Notes under the pieces: generated by a model | Seen by the model: only the letters and a program-made list of their open reading frames with translations | Databases searched by the model: none | What the model was told of the DNA's origin: nothing | In this document: piece after piece, positions 15,031 through 28,610 of the stretch | Position numbering within the stretch: position 1 is the stretch's first letter | Layout: each line of letters starts with the position of its first letter | DNA from: Tubiluchus corallicola | Lineage: Eukaryota > Animalia > Priapulida | DNA length: 64,000 nucleotides | Direction: 5' to 3' | Assembly (NCBI GenBank): GCA_030141605.1 | Contig: JAQGDQ010001000.1 | Location: 7,325-71,324, forward strand | Program-made: the position numbers and the translations under genes

Positions 15031-15402
15031 AAACGAAATTGTTATTATTGCTGTTCTGTTGTTGTTAAATCATTCGTTCTTGCCAATAATGATGGTAAGT
15101 GTTGTAACACAATCACCACACCAGACTTTCAGCAAATTACTAATTTAACCCAAGGCGCGGTTTGCAAAACTCTTCGCCTCACTGCAAAAGTTATAAATGA
15201 ATATGAAACTTGAACGAGGAGGTAATTTGAGTTGGCATGTCGAAACTGACAAAGAGCGGTTTTGTTTACACTACGTGAAGCAAGACAAATGATTAGTGGA
15301 AAAATTATTCACTTCATCTTCCAAGGCTGCGAGTTGTAAATGGTTAATTTTTGACAAATATTGCGCATTAGAGTCTAATGAGAAATTCTAGTGCTAAGGG
15401 AA

Positions 15403-16168
<766 letters not shown>

Positions 16169-16932
16169 TGAGCGAATGTATTTTGCTACACCCAGTTCAA
16201 ATGAATCGTATGATCCATACGGGGAGGGTTAAAAAGGCAAAAGAATGTAGCGACTTTCAAAAGTCTACCCCCCCCCCCTGCACACACGTAGACGTAATAC
16301 AAACAGAATTGAGCTCTCAAAGCTGCAAATTCAACACTAAAGAAGAACAGGGATTAGGCATTTTCAGTTTTCTCTGTGAAATTTGCTTACAGCCGTGTAA
16401 CTCAAGTAGCTCGAATCTGACGGCGAGACGTGCTTCAAAGGGGAGGGGTTGAGGATAAGACCCTCAACCTCGACAAGATGTAATCAACCACCCACTGGAA
16501 AAGCCTCATCTCGCGTGCAACTGCACGCACTTCTAAATCTTGAAATCTTATTGAAATTTCACCGTGGTGTTAATACAGCAAGACGGCCAATCTTAGATCG
16601 TCTCAAGAGGACCCACTAGGGGCACTTCTAAAGCTTTGTTTCCCGGCTGAACGATTACAAAAGATGTACAAACACGTACACGCCAGGGCAATGACGGAAA
16701 TACACGTCTGCAAGCAACGAAGTGTGCAGCGAAGCTATTGAGCAGGGATTAACACCATTATGCGAATTTTTTAAACAAAATTAGACAAATACCATCAAGT
16801 GTAAAGAGAAAATTCTCGAACAATGGGGCAGAGCTTGTCAGAGTTGAGTGAAATTAACAAAGCGTGAATTATTTGCATGCAAAGAAGGTGCGGGCTGACT
16901 TTCTTATCCTTACAGATTCGAATGTAAGAAGC

Positions 16933-17326
16933 TTAAAGCACAAGAAAACCCTTTTTACATAAAGCTAAAAAAATCGTCTTGGAATTCTATATCATTTACA
17001 TGCTGCCTTATTGCACGTAGAGGTTGTATTAGCAGTAACGCTGTATAACACATGAAAATTTAAGCTCCCTTACTAATTAAGCAAAAATATAAAATACAGT
17101 ATTTTGTTGATAAAATTGAAAATACATTTTTGGTGAGCCAGTGGTGCACATTGGGAAGGTGCTACAATGACATTTTACCAGTTGGTGCGAACACTTTAAA
17201 TAACTAAGAATTTTCTTTTCTCGTTACGTAAGGCTTTTAAGCAGGTAAGCGTAATGTTAACTAATACAACTTTGTATGGGGAATTTTTTGGAACATAGTT
17301 TAAAATTGCTTTTTCTTTCCCTTCAA
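16933..17326 (+). mobile_element. Kolobok-type MITE, family A (internally deleted)
   Basis: Starts TTAA-AGCACAAGAAAACC and is homologous to the other family A copies. Confidence 0.75.
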
Positions 17327-17622
17327 ATTCAAACCGAGTAACGGATTAAATGGTTTAACTCCTCGCTACTCCTCTTGGTGGATGTCTCCTAAAATATAGC
17401 CCACATCTTCGTGTAGCCCTGTTCTTCCTCTTTTTAAAGAGCTATGTATCTCCTTTCGAGAGTCCCACCAGGCGCCGCTAGAACGGCTTTTTCTACAGGC
17501 TGTTTGGTTCCCGGCCCGTTCCCGTTCTCCTTTAATCTTGTAAGAGTTTAACTTTTCTGGTTATTTGTAATTGAGATCAAAAGACTCAACGAAGAAACTA
17601 CGAGTTATTAAATATCACAAGC

Positions 17623-18285
17623 TTAAAGCACAAGAAAACCCTCCATAAACATAAAGCTTGAAAAATTTTATATCACTTACATATTGCCTTTTTGCGTGCA
17701 GGACTTCCAATCGACAGTCAACGTTGTATAAAACGTGTAAATTTAAACTCCCGCGATGACCGTTAGACGCAGCCATTTTCACGACAGGTCATTTGAAACA
17801 AGTTTAGATAACATTTTGTAAAGTTTGAAAAAATAATCATACCATTCGTAGCGCACAAGTCACTAACTAAATAAAATTTAAAATTACTGTATCTTGTCAA
17901 TAAGTTTAAAAATACGTTTTTTTTTGGTTAGTGAGTGGTGCACCCTGGAGGGTGAGTCAGGCGACAACGACATTTTACCAATTGGTGAAAACATTTTAAA
18001 TAATTACTAATTCTCTTTTCTAGTTACATAAGTCTTTCTAGCAGGTAAGCAAAAATCTAAGAAATATAGATTCGCCCGGAAAGTCTTTTGAGATATAATT
18101 TAACATTGCCTTCTCTTCCCTTCATTTACGTTTAGTACGTGACGTCATGTAATGGCGACTTCGGAACATTATTGCGGGAGATTTAAAATGAAAACAAACT
18201 AAAATTCCTTTCAGTGCGAGTAAGATATACGCATAAAATTGCTATAAAGTAATATAATTTTTTAAGGCGATTTTTTGTCCTTTAA
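17623..18285 (+). mobile_element. Kolobok-type MITE family A joined to the end of a second TTAA element (family D)
   Basis: Family A runs 17623 to about 18125. The following sequence is shared with 27230-27380 and 23585-23770 and ends GTCCT-TTAA. Confidence 0.7.
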
Positions 18286-20084
18286 CAATAGCTGAATTTC
18301 AGGAATATGACGTATATAAGTCTGCTGACACGCCAACAACTGTGACCGTTCAATTATGATTGACGTCAAACATATTGGTCTATTGCTCCGCCCACGCTGT
18401 GACGTAAGCACGCTCAGCAGCATTCGGGACAACAGTTCACGCAGGACAACAACTGTCTAAACTTAAACTAAGCTAAACTAAACAACATGACAGTCACAAC
18501 TAATGTCTAATCAGCAGATAAACTGATTGCACTTTTTCGTAAACACAAATTTGCAGAGCAGCAGCTATTTTTGCACGAAATTAACTTCAAGTAGCCAAAA
18601 AATGATTTTTCAATTTAAACAGAATGTAGAGACGAAGTTTCAAAGCACTACAAAATACAGAGACATAAATATAATAAAGATTTTAAGCCAGTTAGCCTTG
18701 CTTTACAATAAATGAGCTACAAAATTATTGTCTCTCTTGTCTTTGGACATACGAACATCATTCAGGCCTGTGATGTATTTTTCTGTAGTAACTGGTCACG
18801 TGATCGTCTGCAAGGTTTATTAAGTTTTTGTAATTTTCCGTTTGTCAGGCTACGGAAATGGAATAAATTTGATTGTTCCATAGACGACCCTTATATTGAA
18901 TGCCTGAGTTACATAAGTCCCAATGGCATCTTCTAACGGCAACACAAACAGGACGTGCGTCTCTAAGTCATCTAGCATGATTTGAGTTGGTAAACTTTTG
19001 GTAATTTTCATTTAAGGAGAATTAGGAATGTCAAAAAAATGTTCTTCGATCAAAATCGCACGTGTGCCACGTGTTAACTGCAATCATATTAAAGTGAAAT
19101 AATAATATGAATTTATTCCACAGCAACACATAAACATACATACGAAAGAAAAACTGTTTTGGAATTTACTGAACTATCTAAGTTGGCAGATCGACAACTC
19201 TAGTTGGACCATCTCTGGTTTGAAATATGATCATAACAAGCTGTCAGAAAACTTCAATCCAGAAGCAAAAAATGCAAATCCAACATTTTACAATTTTTAT
19301 CTCCCCAAGTTCAATTGAAGCGTCTCGAGCCCGTAGTAGCCTCTGGGCAGAAATGTCTGGCCAGCACACTCGCAACTTGTCAGGTATTTATTGGAAGACG
19401 CTACGAGCGACCTCTTCAGCATACAGATGAACCTTCGCCAAGACGTCTCCAAGAAAGGTGCCTGCGTCCAAAAGGTCTCTTCATTAATCAGGCGACCACA
19501 ACCAATCCAGAAGCTCATCAAAGTCCATCAATACCAGCACAAAAACACGACGTATCATCTCCTACGTTTTAAACAGTTGCTTTCCCGACCAATTAGGATT
19601 TACGGACTACAACCGCCCCGTCGTGGCTACACCCTGATTATGTTTTATTGGTCACCCGGGCTTATCCCCATTAAATTCGAACAAGGAACTTTGCACAATC
19701 AGAACACGAGTCCTGCATTCTTCTGGTGTGATAAAGCAGCTGGCAACAAACCATTTCATCTCTTTGTATTTTGTCTTAATACTCGTCAGATATTAACACT
19801 CCCGGCGCGAAATTAAAAACCGAAGAGATTTCATAATTATCTAGCCGGGCGGATCGAGGGGCAGGGTAAAGAGGGCGCGTGTACCGACTCTACATTCATC
19901 CTACAATGCAGAATGCTGTAAAAAATGCTTCACAGACTGGTTTAAGTCTTAGGATTTTTGGTTGTGACTAAAGGGCTGCTGTCTCTTTCTGATTAAACCC
20001 TCAATCGCACAACCCATTTTTTCCTCCGCCTCCAGTCTATTAAACAGGCCTATGACGTCTAGGGTTGAATTATCAGATGAATTT

Positions 20085-20385
20085 AACTGTGTAAAATATT
20101 CCAATGCATACATGACTTTATATTACGTACTAAACGCTTCCAGTAGTTTCTATCTGATATGAAATGCATCAGTCTTAAATATTCGTACATTAATATTTTT
20201 AACGGTCATTTTCTACTAATGTCTAATGTAATCTTGTAGTAAAACTTGTCAGCTTGTGTAGTTATAGTCTATTCTTACTGTAAATGTTTTTGTAAATAGT
20301 GTATAAAGTCTGTTGTGGTGAGGATCGTAAATCATGTTGTTCAAACTGTCTGATCCAATCCTATAATAAATTGTTTAAACTAAAC
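20085..20385 (+). mobile_element. CR1-type LINE 3' end (same family as 14540-15030)
   Basis: Reverse complement of 14540-14835. Ends AATAAA followed by an (AAACT)n tail. Confidence 0.8.
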
Positions 20386-20387
20386 TA

Positions 20388-21045
20388 ATTATCGCATAGG
20401 CTAGTATAGGCTGTAGCACAGGGCCCTTTAAGCTTTCGTAACATTTGGTAAAGCATCTGTTTTTGGTCTACGTTTGTAGTGAAATAAGTGCCAATTTGGT
20501 TTGCAATAAGTAGTAAAATACTGGCATTTCTTTAAAAAAAGTTTTACTGACGGATGGTTTTTTAAAGGATTTTAAAGATGGTTTTTAAAAACGAAAGATG
20601 GTTTTTTAAGGATTTTAAAGATGGTTTTTAAAAACGAAAGCTGGTTTTTTAAGGATTTTAAAAATGGTTTTTAAAAACGAAAGATGATTTTTTTAAGGAT
20701 TTTAAAGATGGTTTTTAAAAACGAAAGATGGTTTTTTAAGGATTTTAAAGATGATTTTTAAAAACGAAAGATGGTTTTCTAAGAATTTAAAGACGGTTTT
20801 AAAACGAAAGATGGTCTTTTAAAGGATTTTAAAGATGGTTTTTAAAAACGAAAGATGGTTTTTTTAAGGATTTGAAAGAATTTGCCGTAAATTTACTTCA
20901 CGCCATGTAAATGTTGCAAAAATATGTCACAAGTAAAAATATTCAAGAGGGGGGTGCGGGCGAATTACAGGGTGGCGACTCTGTCTGAGGGAACCGCATA
21001 ATTTCATTAGCTTCGGGGCCCGAAAAGACCACAACCCGGTCCTGG
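20388..21045 (+). mobile_element. hAT-like MITE with an internal 43-44-bp tandem array
   Basis: Homologous to 38935-39490 and 59477-60655, with a 3' end ACCCGGTCCTG. Internal array GATGGTTTTTTAAGGATTTTAAAGATGGTTTTTAAAAACGAAA, about 7 copies, at 20552-20880. Confidence 0.65.
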
Positions 21046-21600
21046 TGACGCCCCATAGCGCGTAGCTGTTGCGAAGTGATAAATTGCTGGCTGAGGTTAA
21101 GAAGGTTTGAAGATGAAAAACGCGCGCCATAAATAAGCATGGCGTGGCAGTGAGATGTCACGAGTTTAAATTGAAAATCTGTCAAGTGCAAAATTAAACA
21201 AACAAGAATTAATGATGGACGACGCAAAACAGATGCTGATCGAGCAAAAAAGTAACGCGAATCAGGAAACGTTTTAATTGAGGCAAAGTTAATTAATCGT
21301 TCCACGAGTAGCAAGGGTGGTAGTCAATTAAGTAATTCGAGAAATTCCCCGCAGAGGGCGTTCAGGCCTGTTCTAGCGTTTTGGAACTAATACTGTTCTG
21401 TCAAATCTGGTAATCTAAATTCCCTTGGCAAACTTCTAAAAACGTGCACAGTAGTAACTAGGCTACCGACACACTACTAATTTTTGTCAGTCAGCTTCCA
21501 TCAACGCGGCCATCAAAGTTTCGGTTTTTCAAAATTTTTAAACAAAATAGTTTAACATGTCAAAATTGCAAAAAACATACAAAAAATACGGAATACATAC

Positions 21601-21657
21601 CAAAATCACCGGTGCAGTAAGCCATCACCATTTCTGTGCCATTGCAAGGCCTGCATG
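21601..21657 (-). CDS. METRNL: Meteorin/meteorin-like protein, coding exon 3 (57 nt)
   Basis: (A)CRPCNGTEMVMAYCTGDF matches METRNL CRPCSDTEVLLAVCTSDF. T-rich acceptor ending gtag|CA, donor G|gtatgt, phase 1 to 1. The ORF track shows only a wrong-frame reading. Confidence 0.93.
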
Positions 21658-21697
21658 CTACAAAAAAAGAATACAACATAATCAACATTCGTTAATT

Positions 21698-21860
21698 TAA
21701 ATAATACATGTAATACATAAGAAATAATACATGTAATACATAAGAAATAATACATGCAATACATAATAAATAATACATGTAATACATAATAAACAATACA
21801 TGTAATATATAAGAAATAATACATGCAATACATAAGAAATAATACATGGAATACATAATA
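21698..21860. repeat. About 23-bp minisatellite next to the exon 3 acceptor
   Basis: AATAATACATGTAATACATAAGA, about 7 copies, starting about 40 nt upstream (transcript sense) of the 3' splice site. Confidence 0.9.
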
Positions 21861-22164
21861 CGTGTAAGAAAACCGTTGGAATTATGACAATTTTAAAAAC
21901 TTTCAGAAATTAAAACTAATGTAAACGGAAACTCAAGATACAGGTAAAACACGAAGCAGAATGGAGGAGAGATGACAAATGCTAAAAACATTCAAGCTTT
22001 AACAACATCTATTCGGCAATATTGGTTAACAGTACAATGCTGCATTTCTATTCAGAATGAACTTTTTCCAGTACCTAAATATAGGTTTGTGGAGAATAAC
22101 TATTTGTGGTGTTCTTAGCAAAACTATATAATAATAATAAATAATAATAATAATAATAATACCA

Positions 22165-22195
<31 letters not shown>

Positions 22196-22310
22196 GCAGC
22201 TGCTCGTTTGAAATGATATGTGGCCATTTTATTTCTAAGATTTTTCTGAGTAGACCTCTGTGAAACATTAATTTCTGATTCCTGCATTGCAGTCAGCCCC
22301 ACATTTCACT
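22196..22310 (-). mobile_element. RTE LINE fragment
   Basis: WGLTAMQESEIN / FHRGLLRKILEIKWPHIISNEQLL is typical RTE post-RT sequence. It abuts (TAA)n. Confidence 0.7.
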
Positions 22311-22641
22311 ACTGTGCATTTCACAAACTAATGATGATTACAGTAGACGTACAAAAATACAACGAACACAACAGCGTAGACCAGACATTGGTACTAAGAG
22401 AACACGATGCAGCAGAAAAATGTTCCTCTTCGAATACAAATCCTTCCAATGCATATATAATTAGTACGTAAAACAACTGTTTGTGGTTTGTTAGTCAAAA
22501 TTATTACTTACCAAGTGATACATACAGACTGCCAAACACATTTTCAAGCGTAGTTATAGACGTTTACTGTGCATAGTCTCTTGTATTTAGATGTTTTATG
22601 GGTATTGGGGGAATTAATACAGCGCAATCTAAGGATCGGGT

Positions 22642-23143
22642 TTAAGAACAAAAGCCCCTTTACTTAGAACCTTTGTTATAAATCTAAAAAATTCCTTTTC
22701 TATCACTTATACGCTGTCTTACTGCATAGGGCTTGTATTAGCAGTAGCACTGTATAAAACATGTAAATTTAAAATTCCACAGTGACCATTAGGCGCAGCC
22801 ATTTTGACGGCAAGTCATTTAAAACAAGTTTAGATAACATTGTGCAAAGTTTGAAGAAATAATCAGAGTATTTGCAGCTCACACTTCAATAACTAAGCAA
22901 AAGTTTAAATTATTTTATATTGTCAATAAGATTAATAATACGTTTTTGGTGAATCAGTGGTGCACACTGGGAAGGCGAATCACTGACCTGTTTACCAGGT
23001 GGCGCGAACATTTTAAAATGCTAAGAATTTCCTTTTGTAGTTACAAAAGTTTTCCAAGCAGATAAGAGTAATGCAGAATAATATAACTTCATAAGCAAAG
23101 TTTTTTCGGACATACTTTAACATTGCCTTTTCTTCCCCTTTAA
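22642..23143 (+). mobile_element. Kolobok-type MITE, family A
   Basis: Full-length copy ending TTTTCTTCCCCT-TTAA. Confidence 0.75.
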
Positions 23144-23584
23144 CACTTTGCCAGTAGCAGGTCACGCAACTGGGTTATAACCAATCACCCTGACCCGCCC
23201 ACAAGCGACTTCAAAGCCAGCGTGGCAAACAGCGGGGGTTTATAACCTGCAATAACCTCTTCAAGTACCCTCAAATTGCCAATGACTGGGCTATAGAGAC
23301 AAAGCGGGCGGAAGCACAAATCCTTAGAATCAGCACACTTAATTGCAGCCTGCCTTTTCATAACAAGAGCGGTCCTCATTTGCATGATCCCAGCTTCCTC
23401 CTCAAGAATTGCGTAACGTGGCTCGGCTAGTATCGAATTTCTTTCTAATGTTAGTAGGTGGCGTGCTAACAGTCAGCGGCTGTTACTCAACTTTGCGTGT
23501 AGAAACAGATTGTTAACAATCATAGAACCACGTAATAACTGGCTTAGAAAATAGACTTTTAAACGCATGGAGCTAAAATTGTAG

Positions 23585-23872
23585 GACAAGAAAAGGGGTA
23601 CCTGAAGTAGGCTTCAGAAAAATCGCCATAAAAAATATACTACTTTACAGCAATTTTATGCACGTATCGTATTCGCGTTGAAAGGAAGTTTCGTTTGTTT
23701 TCATTTTAAATCTCCCGCAATACTGTTCCGAAGTCGCCATTACATGACGTCATTGCGCAAACGTAAATCAGGGGAAGAAAAGGCAATGTTACATTATGTC
23801 TCAAAAAACTTTCCGTGCAAATCTATATTACTTAGCTTTTCGCTTACCTGTTGGAAAGACTTATGTAACTAG
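23585..23872 (-). repeat. Inverted copy of the family A / family D junction at about 18020-18285
   Basis: The reverse complement aligns continuously across the junction (CTTCCC..ATTTACGTTT..TGACGTCATGTAATGGCGACTTCGGAACA). Confidence 0.85.
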
Positions 23873-24409
23873 GCTGATAATTTAAAATGTTTAAAAAGAA
23901 AAACGACTTAAAAAATACTATACATCTGAACAAAGTAACCACATATAAGTGGTATAATGGTTCAAGCACAAAAAACGCATACAACAGAGCAACATACTTG
24001 TATCTTATAAACTTAACACTGTATTACATATTATGTATTACAGTTAGTCAGTCAATCAAGCTTGCACTGTTATCTTAGTCGGGGTTATCTTCAAATACTT
24101 TGTGGACCTATCTAGAAATCTTAATTTTAATAACTTCTGCATCTTCTGACGCATCAAAAAACACGAACTGCTCATTGGCAGACACCTAACGAAAGTTAAG
24201 ACAAAAATCAGAAAGCATACTGGTGTATGTTTGTATTTATTCTGGTATTTATATATTTATATATGCATACAAATACCATACAAATTCATTTTTTCCAAAA
24301 CTTGCTTCCTATTATGTGTCTTACTGTTTGTTATTCGTTGAATTATTGATAACTTTTTGTTTCTTTTAATGTATTAATTGTGTATTTGTATTTACGTGAA
24401 ATAAATAAA

Positions 24410-24860
24410 TACAAATAAATAGAGACATATACATACAAAGTTAGCAGATGTGGACACAATGAATTATATAAAAACTGAATAATAACAATAACTGTCTTAA
24501 AATTACCGTCAAATACATAAAAGGTCTGACCACGTTAAAACGTTTAGTACTCCTAATGTAATTTTGGATGCAGTCAAAAGTTTTACAGTTAACAGCAATA
24601 TTAAAATGATCACTTCATCTAAGGTACAATGACAGCTCACTATTACCATATTGTAAAATACTGACAACTAATGGCAACAATATGTCATTTAATTGACTAA
24701 ACATAGCATCTCTGATAATGGTGAGGTCTAGGAAGAAATGTTCCGAGTTTTCAAAATAACAACCAGAACCACAATTTGGAGAGACGAGTAGACCATCAGA
24801 AATCTTGCAGTCTTTCAGAAAATAATCACCAACAAAATTACAAAGGTGGAAGCGTTCAAA
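24410..24860 (-). mobile_element. Older CR1-type LINE 3' fragment
   Basis: NCGSGCYFENSEHFFLD...IRDAMFSQLNDILL...ILQYG, then NCKTFDCIQNYIRSTKRF in a shifted frame. Related to 14773-15030. Confidence 0.7.
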
Positions 24861-25079
24861 AAGGTTCATCTTCGTGAAAGTGTCAAGTAATTTATTTGAG
24901 TAGAGTTATAGGTCGCAAAATTTTCGTAATTGGCAAAAACTTGGTCAGGCAAGATCACAGCAACAACAACAGACAAAAACTGCATAATTCTACTGCACAT
25001 TCATCATTGCATTTCAATTAAAATATTTTTGGGATTAAACTGAAACGGCAAGGCGGGAAGTGATTTCACTAACGATGGT

Positions 25080-25590
25080 AACGGTCGTTTTTCTGCTGGC
25101 GTGGTGGCTATGACGATGGTTGTTCATTTTGATGCTGTTGTTATTGCTGCTGCTGTTGTTACCATTGTTGCTGCTGTTCCTGCTGTTGTTGTAGTTGTTG
25201 CTGCTGCTGTCGTCGAGCCTATTGTTATTGTTGTTTTGTTGCTCTTCTAACGTAGCAGTGGCAGCAGCAGCTGCTGGTGGTGTTGACGGTGGCGATGGTG
25301 ACAGTAGTGGCGGCGGTGGTTGTGGTGGTGTCAGTAGTGGTGTCAGTGTTCTTCTTGTTGTTGTTGCTGTTGATGACGATGATGATATTTTTTTGTTGTA
25401 GTTGTTGATGCATGCACTGAAACTGGCATTGCTTCTGCTCTTGTTGTAGTAGTACTAGTAGTTGCTGTTATTGTTGATGACGATGACGATGTTGTTGTTT
25501 TTGTTGTTGCTAGTACATGCACTGAAAAAGGTGTTGCTGTTCTCGCTGCATGATTTCCACTGCTGCCATTATCACTGTTGTTAAACAATT
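25080..25590. repeat. Degenerate (GTT/GCT/GGT/GAT)n low-complexity tract
   Basis: Visible trinucleotide periodicity. Confidence 0.85.
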
Positions 25591-26438
25591 TTTGTCGTTC
25601 GTGCTATTTCTCTAGCGAAACGAGTCACAACAGGACAGACTACATGTACTGAAGAACACCTGTAATCAAGGCCCAGTTTAGCACCTGCACGATGATGTCA
25701 CGCGCCGCACAGGGTGGTGATGAAAATATCTATTAAACCTAATCACGTTATCATCTGCGGGAGCTTAATAATAACAGTAATAATAAGCACCTCGAGAGGC
25801 TGAGATCAAAGACAGCAACACGTGTTAGATCATCGCGCCCAATCACTGCGCATGCGCGCATCAGATTACAGTCTTCGATTAATCCACAAAGCCTGCAAAA
25901 AATTCTCCACGCGCCCGCCACGCCGTGTTGGTGACTTTGAAATTACCCATAATGGAGGGGTTTTCACTAATGCCACCCCTAATTGTGGGCATTTTGTGCA
26001 CAGACAGTCCAGCTGGTGTGTTGAGACCAAACTGAGCTGGTGGAACAGAACGGATCTCGTCGAGAAAATGCAACTAAGAAGTCTTAAGGACGAGCTCAAG
26101 CAGAGATTTGTTATTATAGGATGTTGAGTAAGTCTGTTAATATCTGTGCACCTGTTGGCAAAGTCAAATAGTATTTATGAGATAAGCTAGATAGATATAA
26201 ATCTTTTAGACTAACACGGCTATGATGGTATGGAATCTTGATCGTGACGAAAGTTTGACCCTGGTCTGGAGCAGCAACTTGACGCATTTTTTCATTCTAT
26301 GTTTCTGAAGAAAGGCTAAGAACTAATCAATGCCATTCGTTTCTGTGATGATCGTTTTCTGCAACCCATATTATCTATGCTACGCACAGAATGGCAAATA
26401 TTAACTCTCCCTACAGGCTGATATAACAGCAACAGTAC

Positions 26439-26961
26439 ATAAAAAGAAAAACCAAGTTTTCTAGGAAGTTAGGTTTATTTCAACGTTCGAGAAAGAATGT
26501 TGGAAGGATTTAGTAATTAAAGTGTGATAAGCCCCTCGTGTGAGCATTTCGCGCTTGCATGCTCCCATTTTGAACGTCCATTCTTCCACCAATGACGTCA
26601 TTCATCGACTGAAGAAAAGCAGCGCATCAAAAAGCATTTATAATTTATAAGAATTATACATTCTTGCAAAAAATTATATAGCTAATTTTGTGATATTTTC
26701 GAATTAACATTAATTAAGCTGCACAAGTTTACGGAAACTCATGATGCACTTACGAAAAGTCACGAAGTCCACCAGATACGTCATAATTTCCATGTAAATG
26801 GCGGCTACTACCGCGCCTGAAAATTTCGATCCAGCGGTAGTATAAATTACCTTAATGCATTATAGACAATTTTTCGCAAATTTTTTCGTTTTATTTTTCT
26901 AATTTTAGATGATAGCTGTAAAATAAACTCAACGCGCTAAGTGACTTGTCTTTTCCTTTAA
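26439..26961 (+). mobile_element. Kolobok-type MITE, family C
   Basis: Homologous to 35872-37315. Ends ACTTGTCTTTTCCT-TTAA and contains CATTCTTCCACCAATGACGTCA. Confidence 0.75.
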
Positions 26962-27115
26962 ACAATAATCACTCCTTTCCATAACTTTGAAGGAAGTCAA
27001 TGTTATTTAATGTGATTTGGTGATTTGTATGCCGCATAAAAAGGTGTACCCTTATAGAGAGTTTAACATTATTCTCACTAGACACAAATGTATCTACAAA
27101 GTGAACATATAAGCC

Positions 27116-27117
<2 letters not shown>

Positions 27118-27181
<64 letters not shown>

Positions 27182-27212
27182 TCTATCTATCTACTATATA
27201 TATATATATATC
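27118..27212. repeat. (CA)n(TATC)n(TA)n microsatellite
   Basis: Directly visible. Confidence 0.95.
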
Positions 27213-27961
27213 TAATTCCGCGGTCGGAACAGTGCCGCGGAAAGTTTATATTTAAAACAAATATAAGATCCTTTCAACGCGAGTAGATGACATACGCACA
27301 AAATTGCTATTAAGTAATAGTATTTCTTAAGATGATTTTTCTGAAACCTACTTCAGGCACCCCTTTTCTTGTCCTTTGAAATAAAACTTATTAAATTGCT
27401 TCTGGAACTGTTTTTGAAGAGGCAAAATATCAGCTACAATCGGTAATATAGTACACAGTATATATATAGTATAGTATATAGTTTACAGACTACAGAGTAG
27501 ATCGTATATATATATATATTAATTCTTTATTTGTCATTAAAATGGCTCACTCATTATAATAAAATTGAGTAATCCTCAGCGTAATGTTAAAATAACAACA
27601 CTGTTCATCTACGCAAGTTTTGCACATACAGTGTACTGAATATGGTACCTAAAACAGTATAGCATTATTATACACAGTTTATGCCAGCTTTTCACTGGGA
27701 GTTAAGTATAGGGTTTAAGTCAATATTAAACAGTGTTTTGTGACACATGGGTTCGTTTGAACAAGAACAGTCTCTAGATCAGACTGGGTTTAAGCAGCAC
27801 ACGTGTTTATCGACACGGTTAAAGATCATCCCACTGTTTGAACGCGTTTCTGCTCGTCAGCCATGTTGAACTTGCAAAACATCCTCTTCGACAATTTTCT
27901 GGTCATGGCCGAAGCATTCTTTCCGAACTCTTCACCGTATCAGTCTCGATATTTACCGTCG

Positions 27962-28610
27962 TTCAAAGAAAATGACAAGTTACTAAGCATGTTGGGTTTA
28001 TCTTACTGTTAGAAACTTAGAAAAACTTGTATTATATCCATTGTAGGCCCTTTCACTAGATATTGTACATGAAACTATTGTAAATGTGTAAGGTGAAATA
28101 AATGACTTATGACTTATGACTAAAAAGTAAAAGAGAAATTTGCAACAAAACTATCTACAAACAGTAAAGTTAATTTGTATTAAAGCCGTATAGAAATATT
28201 CAGGCGCGGTGGTAGCCGTCATTCAATTGCAAATTATGACGTAACTGGTGGACTTCGTAACTTTTCGCAAGAACATCGTAGCTTTCCGTAAGAGCGTACT
28301 GTTCAAACTAATTCAAACTTCTGCGACTTTACTAATGTTCATACAAAAATCTCGTAATTTCTCGTAAAAACTTTCGACTGAAATCGACACTGCGCTGCTT
28401 TTCTTCTGCCTATGAGTGACGTCATTGGTGGAAGAATGGGCGTTCAAAATGGGAACGCTCAAACAATAAATGATCGCGACATTAGGGTGATTTTACTAAT
28501 TACGGGAGGCGCTTATCACGCTTTTATTACCAAATCTTTCAAACATTTTTTGCAAACATTGAAATAAAGCAATCTTATGGAAGGTTTGGGCCGCTTGGCC
28601 TTTCTTTTAA
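27962..28610 (-). mobile_element. Kolobok-type MITE family C, inverted copy with a small insertion
   Basis: Reverse-complement homology to 26439-26961 (TGACGTCATTGGTGGAAGAATG). An insert at about 28010-28125 ends AATAAAT(GACTTAT)n. Confidence 0.72.
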
